DNA of 10,695 nt, taken from IMG/VR virus record IMGVR_UViG_2695420597_000017; one strand, given 5' to 3'. A program made the position numbers and the translations under genes. Under the pieces are notes generated by a model that was not told the origin of the DNA, searched no databases, and was given only the letters and a program-made list of their open reading frames with translations. The first letter of the stretch is position 1; every line of letters begins with the position of its first letter. Positions 1 to 6,714 of the stretch are shown here, one piece after another. The stretch is from a virus. Its lineage: Duplodnaviria > Heunggongvirae > Uroviricota > Caudoviricetes.

Positions 1-1119
1 TCAAATAACCAACTTAACCCATTCCTGACCTCGAGTATCGTTATAGCGATCGGTGGTTGCCTGGACTTTATGTCCTAGTAATGTTTTTGTATCGATACCC
101 TGTGCACGGTACAGCCGTTCTGATAGAGAGCGTTGTTCATGAAATGTTGGCGGAGTTTTTCCTGCTGGTGGAATTATCCCAGCCAGATCCCGTGCTTTGG
201 CAAAGTAGTCGCTCAGGTTGTCTTTACTCATCGGCTTCGGTTGTTTCTGGTGCCGACTATGGATTAGATATGGACTTAATATTCTGTCTCGGCACCCATC
301 AATAACTTCTTTTAACGTTATCCCAATGGCATCACAGCGTAGTGTAAGCGGTAACGCCAGACGCATTCCGGTTTTTCCCTGGGTGATATGCAAGTGTTCG
401 TTCCACACATCTGAAAAACGCATGTGGCAAATGTCATCACGGCGCTGACCAGTAACAATCGCAAGAAGCATTGCGTTACGGATAAAGTGTTTTTCAGGCG
501 TTGCATTGTAAATTTTTTGCCAGTCTTCCATGGTGAGCCTGGCTCTGGTTACTTTAGGGATCGGTTTACGGGTAGCCTCCGGAGGATTCCATCCAGGAGG
601 AACTTCCCCTGCATGCTGTGCTTCTTTATAAATATCAACCCATAATCCACGATTTACTCTCGCTGTGCTGACCATGTCTTTATCCAGCCACTCATCCAGT
701 ATTAATGCAAAGTCTCTTACTTCCAGTTCTTTCAATGGGTGGTTTCCCAGACAGGAAACCAGGTATGCAGCCATTCGAGTTTTTTCTTTGTGAGTTGTAG
801 CTGCAATATCTCCATTTTTCAGTCGCGTGTCCTGTATTTTCAGATATCGACCAACCCATGCCTTTAATCTGATACCCCGACGTTTTGTTGCTGACGGACT
901 TTCATCAATTTTGCGCATGAAATATTCAGCTTCTGCTGCAGCTATTCGCTGATTGGCTGTGGAAGCGATTTTTTCTGCCTTACCTTTGTCTGTTCCGAGT
1001 CCGTGAAATTTTCCAGTCACAGGATTTTTATACTGGTAGTAAACTCTGCCAGTTCTGCGATCAAACTTTTCGTAAAGACCGGCTACGTCAGTGCTGTTTT
1101 TTCGTGGCCTCGGTGACAT
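1..1119 (-). CDS. int: Tyrosine site-specific integrase, lambda Int family (372 aa). ATG at 1119..1117, stop TGA at 3..1
   Basis: Full-length ORF in the six-frame track. C-terminal catalytic region HEQRSLSERLY...LLGHK...TDRYNDTRGQEW aligns by eye with the lambda Int R-H-R-Y region (HELRSLSARLY...LLGHK...YRDDRGREW). Its position beside an excisionase at the prophage end fits. No search run. Confidence 0.9.
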   Translation of the reverse strand: MSPRPRKNSTDVAGLYEKFDRRTGRVYYQYKNPVTGKFHGLGTDKGKAEKIASTANQRIAAAEAEYFMRKIDESPSATKRRGIRLKAWVGRYLKIQDTRLKNGDIAATTHKEKTRMAAYLVSCLGNHPLKELEVRDFALILDEWLDKDMVSTARVNRGLWVDIYKEAQHAGEVPPGWNPPEATRKPIPKVTRARLTMEDWQKIYNATPEKHFIRNAMLLAIVTGQRRDDICHMRFSDVWNEHLHITQGKTGMRLALPLTLRCDAIGITLKEVIDGCRDRILSPYLIHSRHQKQPKPMSKDNLSDYFAKARDLAGIIPPAGKTPPTFHEQRSLSERLYRAQGIDTKTLLGHKVQATTDRYNDTRGQEWVKLVI

Positions 1120-1357
1120 GAGTTAAAATCTCCTTCAGTGCATCATCATCGCCAGTATGAATTTCCGGCGCAATTCCCGTTTCACCAGGCCCAACAAATA
1201 CTGCTCGGCGATCTATCAGCCAACGCCCACGAATTTTTTGTGGTCTTGGAACGATGTATCCTAGTTTTCCGTATTTCACCAGGGTAGTGTTTGTTATTGG
1301 GAGACTGAACCGTTTTGGTTTCCACTCGTCGAGCGTTATCAGGTACTGTTCGCTCAT
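1088..1357 (-). CDS. xis: Excisionase (Xis-like), 89 aa from ATG at 1357..1355; the track ORF extends to a GTG at 1366
   Basis: Small basic ORF immediately upstream of int, overlapping it by 32 nt (typical xis-int overlap). Motif YLITLDEW...RRAVFV resembles the lambda Xis N-terminus (YLTLQEW). GGAG Shine-Dalgarno 9 nt upstream of the ATG. Confidence 0.7.
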   Translation of the reverse strand: MSEQYLITLDEWKPKRFSLPITNTTLVKYGKLGYIVPRPQKIRGRWLIDRRAVFVGPGETGIAPEIHTGDDDALKEILTHVTEATKKQH

Positions 1358-1418
1358 GGCTATCACTCCGGAACGCGCCAGTTGCAGAATATCAACGACA
1401 ACTGGCGACGGTTGAACA

Positions 1419-3890
1419 TTAAAAATCAGCCTGACTCGGGATCAGTTTTTGCCAGATAACTGAAACGTATTTTGCCTGGTAACGGGCGTCATCAAGTGCA
1501 TTATGGCGCTCACCTTCGAATGGAATAGCCGTTCTGGCATCGAAGTCTATGGCTTTCCCCAGCTCAACGATTGTGCGTACATCGCGATCGTTGTAGTAAC
1601 GCCACGGGCAGGGGATCCCCTGCCGTTCGTATGAACGGCGCAAAATCGTGTTGTCGAAGTTGGCTCCATTTCCCCAGACCTGAACAAAAAATTCACCGGA
1701 GTTTTCGTCGATAAATTCCCGCAATTGTAACAGTGCATCATCTAACGGGATTTCATCGGTCATAATGGCAGATTGCGCTTCGCGTGATTGCTTAAGCCAC
1801 CATTTAATGGTGTCCCGATCAATGACTCCGCCAGCAGTTTCCAGATCGATAGTCTTACTAAATTCCGGTCCCATATCTCCGGTTTGCGGATCGAAAAATA
1901 TTGCACCTATTGAGATGATCGGGGCATCAGGATTTTTTCCCATGGTTTCAAGGTCTATCATTAGATGGTCACACGTCCTGCTGGTGGATGTGATTACGTG
2001 ATGACCGTTCACCTTAATTGAGTGATCTGCCGTCTCGCCAGTTTCATTATCGCTATCGTGATGCTGATTGCCGCCAGTGTTCTCCTTGTGTGGATGTTCA
2101 GCGCCTTCCATTTCCTCCGGATCATCTTCCTGAACTTCAACCTGATACTCTTCATCGAATGTTTCCTGGTATGTTGCGTCGCCCATCACCGCGCCACAAT
2201 CAGGGCAGTTGCCGCCGCCGGTCTGACCGCAGGCGGTGCAGACTTTTTCCACTTCCTGTTGCGCCACTGGTTCAGGCTGTTTCGTTTCTGGCTCGTTTTG
2301 TAACGCATTTGGGCTGTTTTGTTCCGCTTTTTGGTAGTTCCGTTCCGATTCATGCTGGTTCTGGTTTACAGAATCGCGGGTCTGGATCCCCTTAACCCAT
2401 TTCGGATCATTCGGGTCGCTAATCCCTGCAACAAATTCTCCGCGAGAGGCAGCAAGCAACTTATCGGCGTCAGGCTGGCTGATATTGGCTGCCTGCATAA
2501 TTTTGTTTACTTCGTCAGCGGTAACTTTTACCGGCTCTGGTTGTGCGGTCGTGTCAGATGCACCAGTATTTTGTTGTGAACCTGAGTATGTACCGTTTTT
2601 GCGGGCGAAATATTCTTCTTTCGTGATTTCAGTAGCCCCTGCAGCCAGTGCCTTATCCAGACCAGAAAGTTTGTTTGCGCGACCGTATTTTTCGCTATCC
2701 TTGTCGGTGAAGAGGAAGTAGAACGGCCCTTCACGCTCTACAGATGGTTCGACTTCCACTTTGCATTCGGTTTTTTCGTTGTCCGGAATTGCCGTTTCCA
2801 CTGCATCAGTTTCTGGTACTGGCGACGAGAGAGTATCAGTTGCGCTCTGATTTCTTCCTTCATCTTCAAACACGCCCTTTGTAGTCAGGTATTCAGTAAT
2901 GTATTTGTTCAGTGCCACAGGGTCTTTGTGAATGTCGATCGGACGTTCACGGACAAGGCCAAAAATAGTCTGGCGGTCGTAGCGAAGGGCATCAGGCTGT
3001 TTGCGCATTGATGCCGAGATACGCTTCCAGTCTTCGCGGTCGTTGTCGATAACTTCATTTTTTGCCCAGCGATGGATGCTGCCGTCAATGTTTCCGGCAT
3101 CCACATCACCAGGCCAGAGAGCGTAGGCCAGTTCGTCATCCAGTGTTTTCCATGTCTGCTTGTATTCGCGATGAGTGGCAGCAATGACCGGGCTGATTTT
3201 TCCTGTTGAATTTTCAGTGTTCTGTTGATTGGCTCTGGCGCGGGCGAGATCAACAACAGACGTGTATTTTCCAGTCTCTTTGCGCTCTGCGTCCTGCCGT
3301 TTTTTCCAGTTACGTAATTCAGCCTGAATTTCGGGCCATTTGGCACCCGGATTACATTTGTGTTTAACCCATCCGATAGCGAACAGTTTGCGTTCCGGAT
3401 ACATAGCGTTAATTTCAGGCGTTTTCATCAGTGCTTCAACGATATGCCCGTCAAAGGTAGCAACGTCTTCCTGCAGTAATTCCTGCGCGTCAATCGCCAT
3501 ATCAACGGTGATGTTTTCACATGTACCGAACTTAACCAGGACCGCGTTCTGTACTTCAAGGGACAGCTTGTCAAAATTGACGTTCATCGGATCGGATTCT
3601 GGTTCGACCGGAATAAAGGAAGCGGATTCCTCATCCCAGCGGTTTTCCTGCATATATTCAGCATCCCAGGAATCGAGGGCAGGGCGGGGTATACCGGGTT
3701 TATCCTCGCAGACAAGAAATTTATAAGCGCAGTCCTGAGCAGCCGGATAATGTTCCAGGAATTGCCAGTGAAATTTTGCGCGGGCGCGACGTTCATCACC
3801 GGCTTCAATGGCAGTGGCTACAGCGACGGCACCTTCTTCCTTTATTGCCTGTTCGTCCGGAATGGCGGCGCAAATAAAGACTTTACTCAT
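1419..3890 (-). CDS. Large multidomain protein (823 aa) with C-terminal DnaQ-like DEDDh 3'-5' exonuclease domain; proteins of this kind are often annotated as exodeoxyribonuclease VIII-like in lambdoid prophages
   Basis: Long uninterrupted ORF with ATG at 3890 and a GAGGT Shine-Dalgarno upstream. The C-terminal ~190 aa carry exonuclease motifs Exo I (MIDLETMG), Exo II (VWGNGANFD) and Exo III (HNALDDARYQ). The central acidic/Q-rich linker contains a CxxC-x9-CxxC zinc-ribbon-like motif (CTACGQTGGGNCPDCG). The N-terminal ~330 aa are of unrecognised function. The gene sits where lambdoid phages carry recombination functions (between xis and the pL-operon genes). Confidence 0.8.
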   Translation of the reverse strand: MSKVFICAAIPDEQAIKEEGAVAVATAIEAGDERRARAKFHWQFLEHYPAAQDCAYKFLVCEDKPGIPRPALDSWDAEYMQENRWDEESASFIPVEPESDPMNVNFDKLSLEVQNAVLVKFGTCENITVDMAIDAQELLQEDVATFDGHIVEALMKTPEINAMYPERKLFAIGWVKHKCNPGAKWPEIQAELRNWKKRQDAERKETGKYTSVVDLARARANQQNTENSTGKISPVIAATHREYKQTWKTLDDELAYALWPGDVDAGNIDGSIHRWAKNEVIDNDREDWKRISASMRKQPDALRYDRQTIFGLVRERPIDIHKDPVALNKYITEYLTTKGVFEDEGRNQSATDTLSSPVPETDAVETAIPDNEKTECKVEVEPSVEREGPFYFLFTDKDSEKYGRANKLSGLDKALAAGATEITKEEYFARKNGTYSGSQQNTGASDTTAQPEPVKVTADEVNKIMQAANISQPDADKLLAASRGEFVAGISDPNDPKWVKGIQTRDSVNQNQHESERNYQKAEQNSPNALQNEPETKQPEPVAQQEVEKVCTACGQTGGGNCPDCGAVMGDATYQETFDEEYQVEVQEDDPEEMEGAEHPHKENTGGNQHHDSDNETGETADHSIKVNGHHVITSTSRTCDHLMIDLETMGKNPDAPIISIGAIFFDPQTGDMGPEFSKTIDLETAGGVIDRDTIKWWLKQSREAQSAIMTDEIPLDDALLQLREFIDENSGEFFVQVWGNGANFDNTILRRSYERQGIPCPWRYYNDRDVRTIVELGKAIDFDARTAIPFEGERHNALDDARYQAKYVSVIWQKLIPSQADF

Positions 3891-3985
3891 TTTGTTTTAA
3901 CCTCATTACAGATTTCAGGGTGAACGAATCCCTGCCATTGCTGGCATTTTTAATCCGTTGGTATGGCGTTAATATGGCTGGCGGG

Positions 3986-4174
3986 TTATCCAGCCGGTAT
4001 TTCGTTATTCAGGTTCAGCGATACTTTTTTTAACGGGAGGCATTCACCGGGGATTTTTTGTTCGTCCCTTACCTGAATGCAGGATGACTTACTGTCATAA
4101 ATTCCGGTAATCACATTTTGTGGCTCACCCGTTATAAGAAAAACGGTCATCACCAGTGCAAATGCTGAAGTCAC
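3986..4174 (-). CDS. ydfD: YdfD-like small protein with N-terminal hydrophobic segment (62 aa, GTG start)
   Basis: ORF directly downstream of dicB with a GTGA start/stop overlap, suggesting translational coupling. GGAG Shine-Dalgarno 7 nt upstream of the GTG. The N-terminus (SAFALVMTVFLITGEP) is hydrophobic and the C-terminus ends EIPAG, which resembles my recollection of Qin prophage YdfD. Not verifiable here. Confidence 0.5.
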   Translation of the reverse strand: MTSAFALVMTVFLITGEPQNVITGIYDSKSSCIQVRDEQKIPGECLPLKKVSLNLNNEIPAG

Positions 4175-4359
4175 TGCTGTTCTCCGATAATACCAAGTTC
4201 AAGAAGGGCAATTCTGGAAAGTATGGAATTATCATTGAGAAGATAAGGTTCATATTTTCTCATCTTAATGGCATCTTCCGTAAACTCCCGGTTACTGAGC
4301 AGAACACCAATATCAAAACAACCTTCAGACGTATTAACGTTTGGTAATAACGTTTCCAT
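4171..4359 (-). CDS. dicB: Cell division inhibitor DicB homologue (62 aa)
   Basis: ATG at 4359..4357 with a GAGGA Shine-Dalgarno 7 nt upstream. Protein METLLPNVNTSEGCFDIGVLLSNREFTEDAI... closely matches my recollection of Qin prophage DicB (MKTLLPNVNTSEGCFEIGV...). It lies immediately downstream of a DicF-like sRNA, as in the Qin dicB operon. The track ORF 4171..4464 is an upstream GTG extension that I consider unlikely. Confidence 0.75.
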   Translation of the reverse strand: METLLPNVNTSEGCFDIGVLLSNREFTEDAIKMRKYEPYLLNDNSILSRIALLELGIIGEQQ

Positions 4360-4528
4360 TATCGCGTCCTCAACAATGAATTTTGTGATGCAGTGCCTGG
4401 TGCCTCCAGGTGACGTTAACCAGTTAACAATTAACGCCGGATACAGAGAGTCCACCCATAACACTGTTTTTGGTTTTAACTGTTCCGCGTGCGCTGAGCC
4501 GCATTCACCGCATCACAAAATTCACTTT

Positions 4529-4571
4529 AAAAACGGCGGCAGAGCAGTCACGGAGTAAAACTGATACCGCC
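4529..4571 (-). terminator. Intrinsic terminator hairpin forming the 3' end of DicF
   Basis: On the minus strand, GGCGG (complement of 4571..4567) pairs with CCGCC (complement of 4539..4535), with an inner CAGU/ACUG helix, followed by a U5 tract (complement of 4533..4529). Confidence 0.5.
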
Positions 4572-4586
4572 AAACGTCACCAGAAA
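4534..4586 (-). ncRNA. dicF: DicF small regulatory RNA (about 53 nt; antisense regulator of ftsZ and other mRNAs in E. coli)
   Basis: The minus strand reads UUUCUGGUGACGUUUGGCGGUAUCAGUUUUACUCCGUGACUGCUCUGCCGCCG followed by UUUUU, which matches my recollection of K-12 DicF almost base for base. It sits between ydfC-like and dicB-like genes as in the Qin prophage. Exact ends are processing sites and cannot be fixed from sequence. Confidence 0.75.
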
Positions 4587-4926
4587 ATTGATAACAGAGG
4601 GCGTTGCAGCGGGGTTGTCACTTAAGCGTATGGTCAACCTGACAACTCGGTGTCCTCAACGGGGAAGGAATAACCCCGCCATACTTACCGCCGCGCCATT
4701 TCGCGGGTTGCCACAACCGGAAGCGCACGGTCGACGAAAATTTAACGACAGGCTATCTATGAACCAGCTACCTCGCCGTGCGCTTTCGCGTTATGGTCTG
4801 ACTTTTCAGGGAAATATCCTTTCAGTAAACTGTCAGTGCCGGATGCTCACCCGTGTCCGGCGCACGCACTCCACCTCACCCGTGGAGAATTCCTTAATTA
4901 CCAACCTTAGCTTCGTTGGTTAGCTA

Positions 4927-5145
4927 TTAACGCGGGTATGTAATCATTCTGGCAATGCTTAATGCCGCTGCTTTTTCCAGATTGGTGATATCCTGCTCCA
5001 GAGCGGACAGATTTTCAGCCTGCTTAGCCCTGGCTTCATTAGCCCATTTCAGATCCTGCGCTGCATTAATTTTCTGGCGCATCCACTCATAAAGTTCATC
5101 ATCGGTATAGTCTGGCGCGATTATGACGGGTTCTCGTTTCTGCAT
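4927..5145 (-). CDS. ydfC: YdfC-like small protein (72 aa)
   Basis: ATG at 5145..5143 with a GAGGA Shine-Dalgarno 7 nt upstream. Size and position (third gene of a ydfA-ydfB-ydfC-dicF-dicB array) match Qin prophage YdfC. Sequence identity is not verified. Confidence 0.6.
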   Translation of the reverse strand: MQKREPVIIAPDYTDDELYEWMRQKINAAQDLKWANEARAKQAENLSALEQDITNLEKAAALSIARMITYPR

Positions 5146-5174
5146 ACTGATTCCTCGCGGTGCTACTTCGCTTA

Positions 5175-5303
5175 TCAGCCGTTAGATTTTGCCGAGCTGG
5201 AAAGCGCCTGTTTAAACTCACTGAAGCTGAGAGCTTCTTCGCCTTCGGCAAGGTCTTCGAAGTATTCTTCGTAAGCCTTTTCCATGATTGTGTCGAAATC
5301 CAT
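5175..5303 (-). CDS. ydfB: YdfB-like small protein (42 aa); not in the supplied ORF track because it is below the length cutoff
   Basis: My own translation of the minus strand from ATG 5303..5301 gives MDFDTIMEKAYEEYFEDLAEGEEALSFSEFKQALSSSAKSNG with stop TGA at 5177..5175. An AGGTGA Shine-Dalgarno lies about 6 nt upstream. The ATG is 1 nt after the ydfA stop (tight coupling). Acidic small protein of YdfB size and position. Confidence 0.6.
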   Translation of the reverse strand: MDFDTIMEKAYEEYFEDLAEGEEALSFSEFKQALSSSAKSNG

Positions 5304-5304
5304 A

Positions 5305-5460
5305 TCACTCACCTGAGTTTCTTTCCAGCCAGCGACGGGCACCATTTTCGGTTTTAAACGTTTTGCTTTTGGTATACGTCATCGCGGTGAACGTACCGTC
5401 CTGGTTGGGGAACACGCCACATACCAGAGATTCGCTGTTGCCAAGATCGATAGTATCCAT
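5305..5460 (-). CDS. ydfA: YdfA-like small protein (51 aa, DUF1391-like); the track ORF 5305..5547 is a possible 80-aa N-terminally extended form
   Basis: Internal ATG at 5460..5458 has a GAGG Shine-Dalgarno at 6-nt spacing and gives MDTIDLGNSESLVCGVFPNQDGTFTAMTYTKSKTFKTENGARRWLERNSGE (51 aa, the K-12 YdfA size). The upstream ATG at 5547 has its GAGG only 3 nt away. Confidence 0.6.
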   Translation of the reverse strand: MDTIDLGNSESLVCGVFPNQDGTFTAMTYTKSKTFKTENGARRWLERNSGE

Positions 5461-5644
5461 GCTGACCTCATTTCCCCTTAACGCTGGGGTAGCGGAACTA
5501 AAAACCTGCTGCGCTGTTATACAAAGTGTTCCCGCCGTCATGTTCATACGCCTCGGGCTGGCTACTTACCCCCTGACCACTGCTTGGTAACTCGAAGTAT
5601 TGCCCGGCGTTCTGTGGGGCGGGGTGGGTTGGTATGTTGTTAAG

Positions 5645-5681
5645 GTAACAAGAGTTACCTTTCGAGTCAATACAATGTTGC
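5645..5681. promoter_or_regulatory. Predicted left operator/promoter region (OL/pL-like): one perfect-armed GTAAC-N4-GTTAC site (5645..5658) and a degenerate site 23 bp away (5668..5681, sharing CAATGTTnC with the OR site at 6408..6421)
   Basis: The same inverted-repeat motif recurs twice between cI and cro. A TTGACT -35-like hexamer on the minus strand (complement of 5669..5664) sits next to the operator. No convincing -10 could be assigned, so the promoter call is tentative. Confidence 0.4.
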
Positions 5682-5702
5682 AAAAGGTACGTTTGAGGGC
5701 AT

Positions 5703-5725
5703 AAAAAACCCGCAATGAATGCGGG
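5703..5725 (-). terminator. Rho-independent terminator downstream of cI
   Basis: On the minus strand, a stem CCCGCA/UGCGGG with a 6-nt loop (plus-strand 5709..5725) is followed by a U6 run (complement of the A6 at 5703..5708). It lies 8 bp past the cI stop codon (5735..5733). Confidence 0.6.
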
Positions 5726-5732
5726 TTCTGAC

Positions 5733-6407
5733 TCAGTCTAAGTATTGATGTATTTGTGAAACTTTACCTTTAATGGTGTAACCACCATTCAGTTCGATGG
5801 GTTTGTAAAGCGGATTCAGTGACAACAGATAGATGTTTGGTCCGTCAATCGCAACTTTTTTTAGTGTTACGTTTGGCGTTCCTTCCAATTGGATTAAGAT
5901 TATTTTTCCCACCAGTTCTCTAATGTTACTTGAGCATGGTGTGATCAGCACGGTAGATCCGTCGGGGATGGTTGGGAGGCCGTTAGAGTTTGTCATCGCA
6001 TCTCCCTCAACATGCAATAAAAAAGAGTTTTCAGCGGTTTTTGTCATGACATCAACCCAATTCTTAATACCAGGAATCTCGGTTACTGGACAACTCATAT
6101 CCCAATAACCAGCCTGTTCCCACGTTAAAACGGGCAACCGGGCGATGTTGTCACTAATGTAAGGGTACTGATTCAGACGCAGATCATCGGCTTTATCGTG
6201 ACCGTCCTTTCCATAAAGAATCCATTCAGGAGATTTGGAAAGCAATTTTGACAGTAGATACAAATTCTCACCGTCAGGTTTTGAAGAGCCATTTTCCCAT
6301 TTTGTTACGGATACACGAGATATGCCGATTGCTTTCGCAACCTGCTGTTGGGTTAATCCAACGTCTTTTCGACGATTCCGAATACGTTCGCTGATAGTGT
6401 TTTTCAT
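5733..6407 (-). CDS. cI: CI-type prophage repressor: N-terminal XRE-family HTH plus C-terminal S24 (LexA-like) peptidase domain, 224 aa from ATG 6407..6405. The catalytic-serine position is Ala
   Basis: HTH region LTQQQVAKAIGISRVSVTKWENG. Ala-Gly candidate cleavage site in EQAGYW. The S24 motif reads LLHVEGDAMT...VTLKKV, where lambda CI has EGNSM and LexA has GMSM; the conserved Lys is present in LKK. The gene is divergent from cro with an operator-bearing intergenic region. The track ORF starts at an upstream TTG (6506) that would overlap the cro Shine-Dalgarno; ATG 6449 or 6407 is more plausible, and I chose 6407 so that the operators fall outside the CDS. Confidence 0.85.
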   Translation of the reverse strand: MKNTISERIRNRRKDVGLTQQQVAKAIGISRVSVTKWENGSSKPDGENLYLLSKLLSKSPEWILYGKDGHDKADDLRLNQYPYISDNIARLPVLTWEQAGYWDMSCPVTEIPGIKNWVDVMTKTAENSFLLHVEGDAMTNSNGLPTIPDGSTVLITPCSSNIRELVGKIILIQLEGTPNVTLKKVAIDGPNIYLLSLNPLYKPIELNGGYTIKGKVSQIHQYLD

Positions 6408-6498
6408 GTAACCAATGTTACTACCAAGTGATGTTGCTATGGTTGACATTGTTATGTAACTATTGTTACCCTTCTGCTCGAAATAACAGGAGAGTTTT
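6408..6498. promoter_or_regulatory. Divergent cI/cro promoter-operator region (OR/pR/pRM-like) with GTAAC-N4-GTTAC operator sites at 6408..6421 and 6456..6469, 48 bp centre to centre, and a possible weak middle site near 6432..6446
   Basis: Two near-identical imperfect palindromes (GTAACCAATGTTAC and GTAACTATTGTTAC). The spacing is twice the ~24-bp operator period typical of lambdoid OR. A TTGACA -35-like hexamer sits at 6443..6448. The cro Shine-Dalgarno AGGAG is at 6489..6493. Confidence 0.5.
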
Positions 6499-6714
6499 AT
6501 GTTCAAAGATGATGTTCTGCGCTATTTCAAAAAAAAGCGACTAGTAGCTGAGGCTCTTGGAATTTCACATGTGGCTGTTGTGCGGTGGAAAGCAGTTATT
6601 CCCAAACTTCGCGCAATGGAACTGGATGAAATTACTAACGGTGAATTGAAATACAACCCAGAACTTTACAAGAAGCAGGATAGCACCTCAAACGAAGGAA
6701 AGAATGATTCATGA
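6499..6714 (+). CDS. cro: Cro-like repressor (71 aa), P22 Cro-like HTH
   Basis: ATG at 6499 preceded by AGGAG at 5-nt spacing. Protein MFKDDVLRYFKKKRLVAEALGISHVAVVRWKAVIP... resembles my recollection of P22 Cro (MYKKDVIDHFGTQRAVAKALGISDAAVSQWKEVIP...). Divergent from cI. Confidence 0.85.
   Translation: MFKDDVLRYFKKKRLVAEALGISHVAVVRWKAVIPKLRAMELDEITNGELKYNPELYKKQDSTSNEGKNDS

Noticed and set aside
1-60. Phage attachment site (attL/attP core) next to the int 3' end
   Set aside because: The int stop codon is at the very edge of the window. The att core would lie outside or cannot be recognised without the bacterial flank.
1547-3808. Multiple 60-145 aa ORFs on both strands nested inside the 823-aa exonuclease gene (e.g. 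1547..1741, 2018..2395, 2909..3346, 3340..3726)
   Set aside because: All are embedded in or antisense to a long, well-supported CDS, and they show low-complexity, Arg/Ser/Cys-rich composition typical of shadow ORFs.
3931-3951. Plus-strand hairpin (TGCCA-ttgc-TGGCA) followed by T5, resembling an intrinsic terminator
   Set aside because: No plus-strand gene or transcript is expected to end here, since the region lies between two minus-strand genes. The stem is short (5 bp), so it is probably fortuitous.
4171-4464. Extended 97-aa version of dicB starting at GTG 4464
   Set aside because: The internal ATG at 4359 has a strong GAGGA Shine-Dalgarno and gives the 62-aa DicB-size product. The extension would run into the DicF terminator region.
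4588-4923. Plus-strand ORF of 111 aa in the ydfC-dicF spacer
   Set aside because: Arg/Pro-rich composition and no Shine-Dalgarno. It is antisense to the leftward operon transcript, so more likely noncoding spacer.
5099-5308. Minus-strand 69-aa ORF overlapping ydfB-like and ydfC-like
   Set aside because: Highly basic, low-complexity sequence in an alternative frame of two better-supported small genes.
5548-5700. nutL-like boxA/boxB antitermination site in the pL leader
   Set aside because: No convincing boxA (CGCTCTTA-like) or boxB hairpin was found, and no N-like gene is evident in the left operon.
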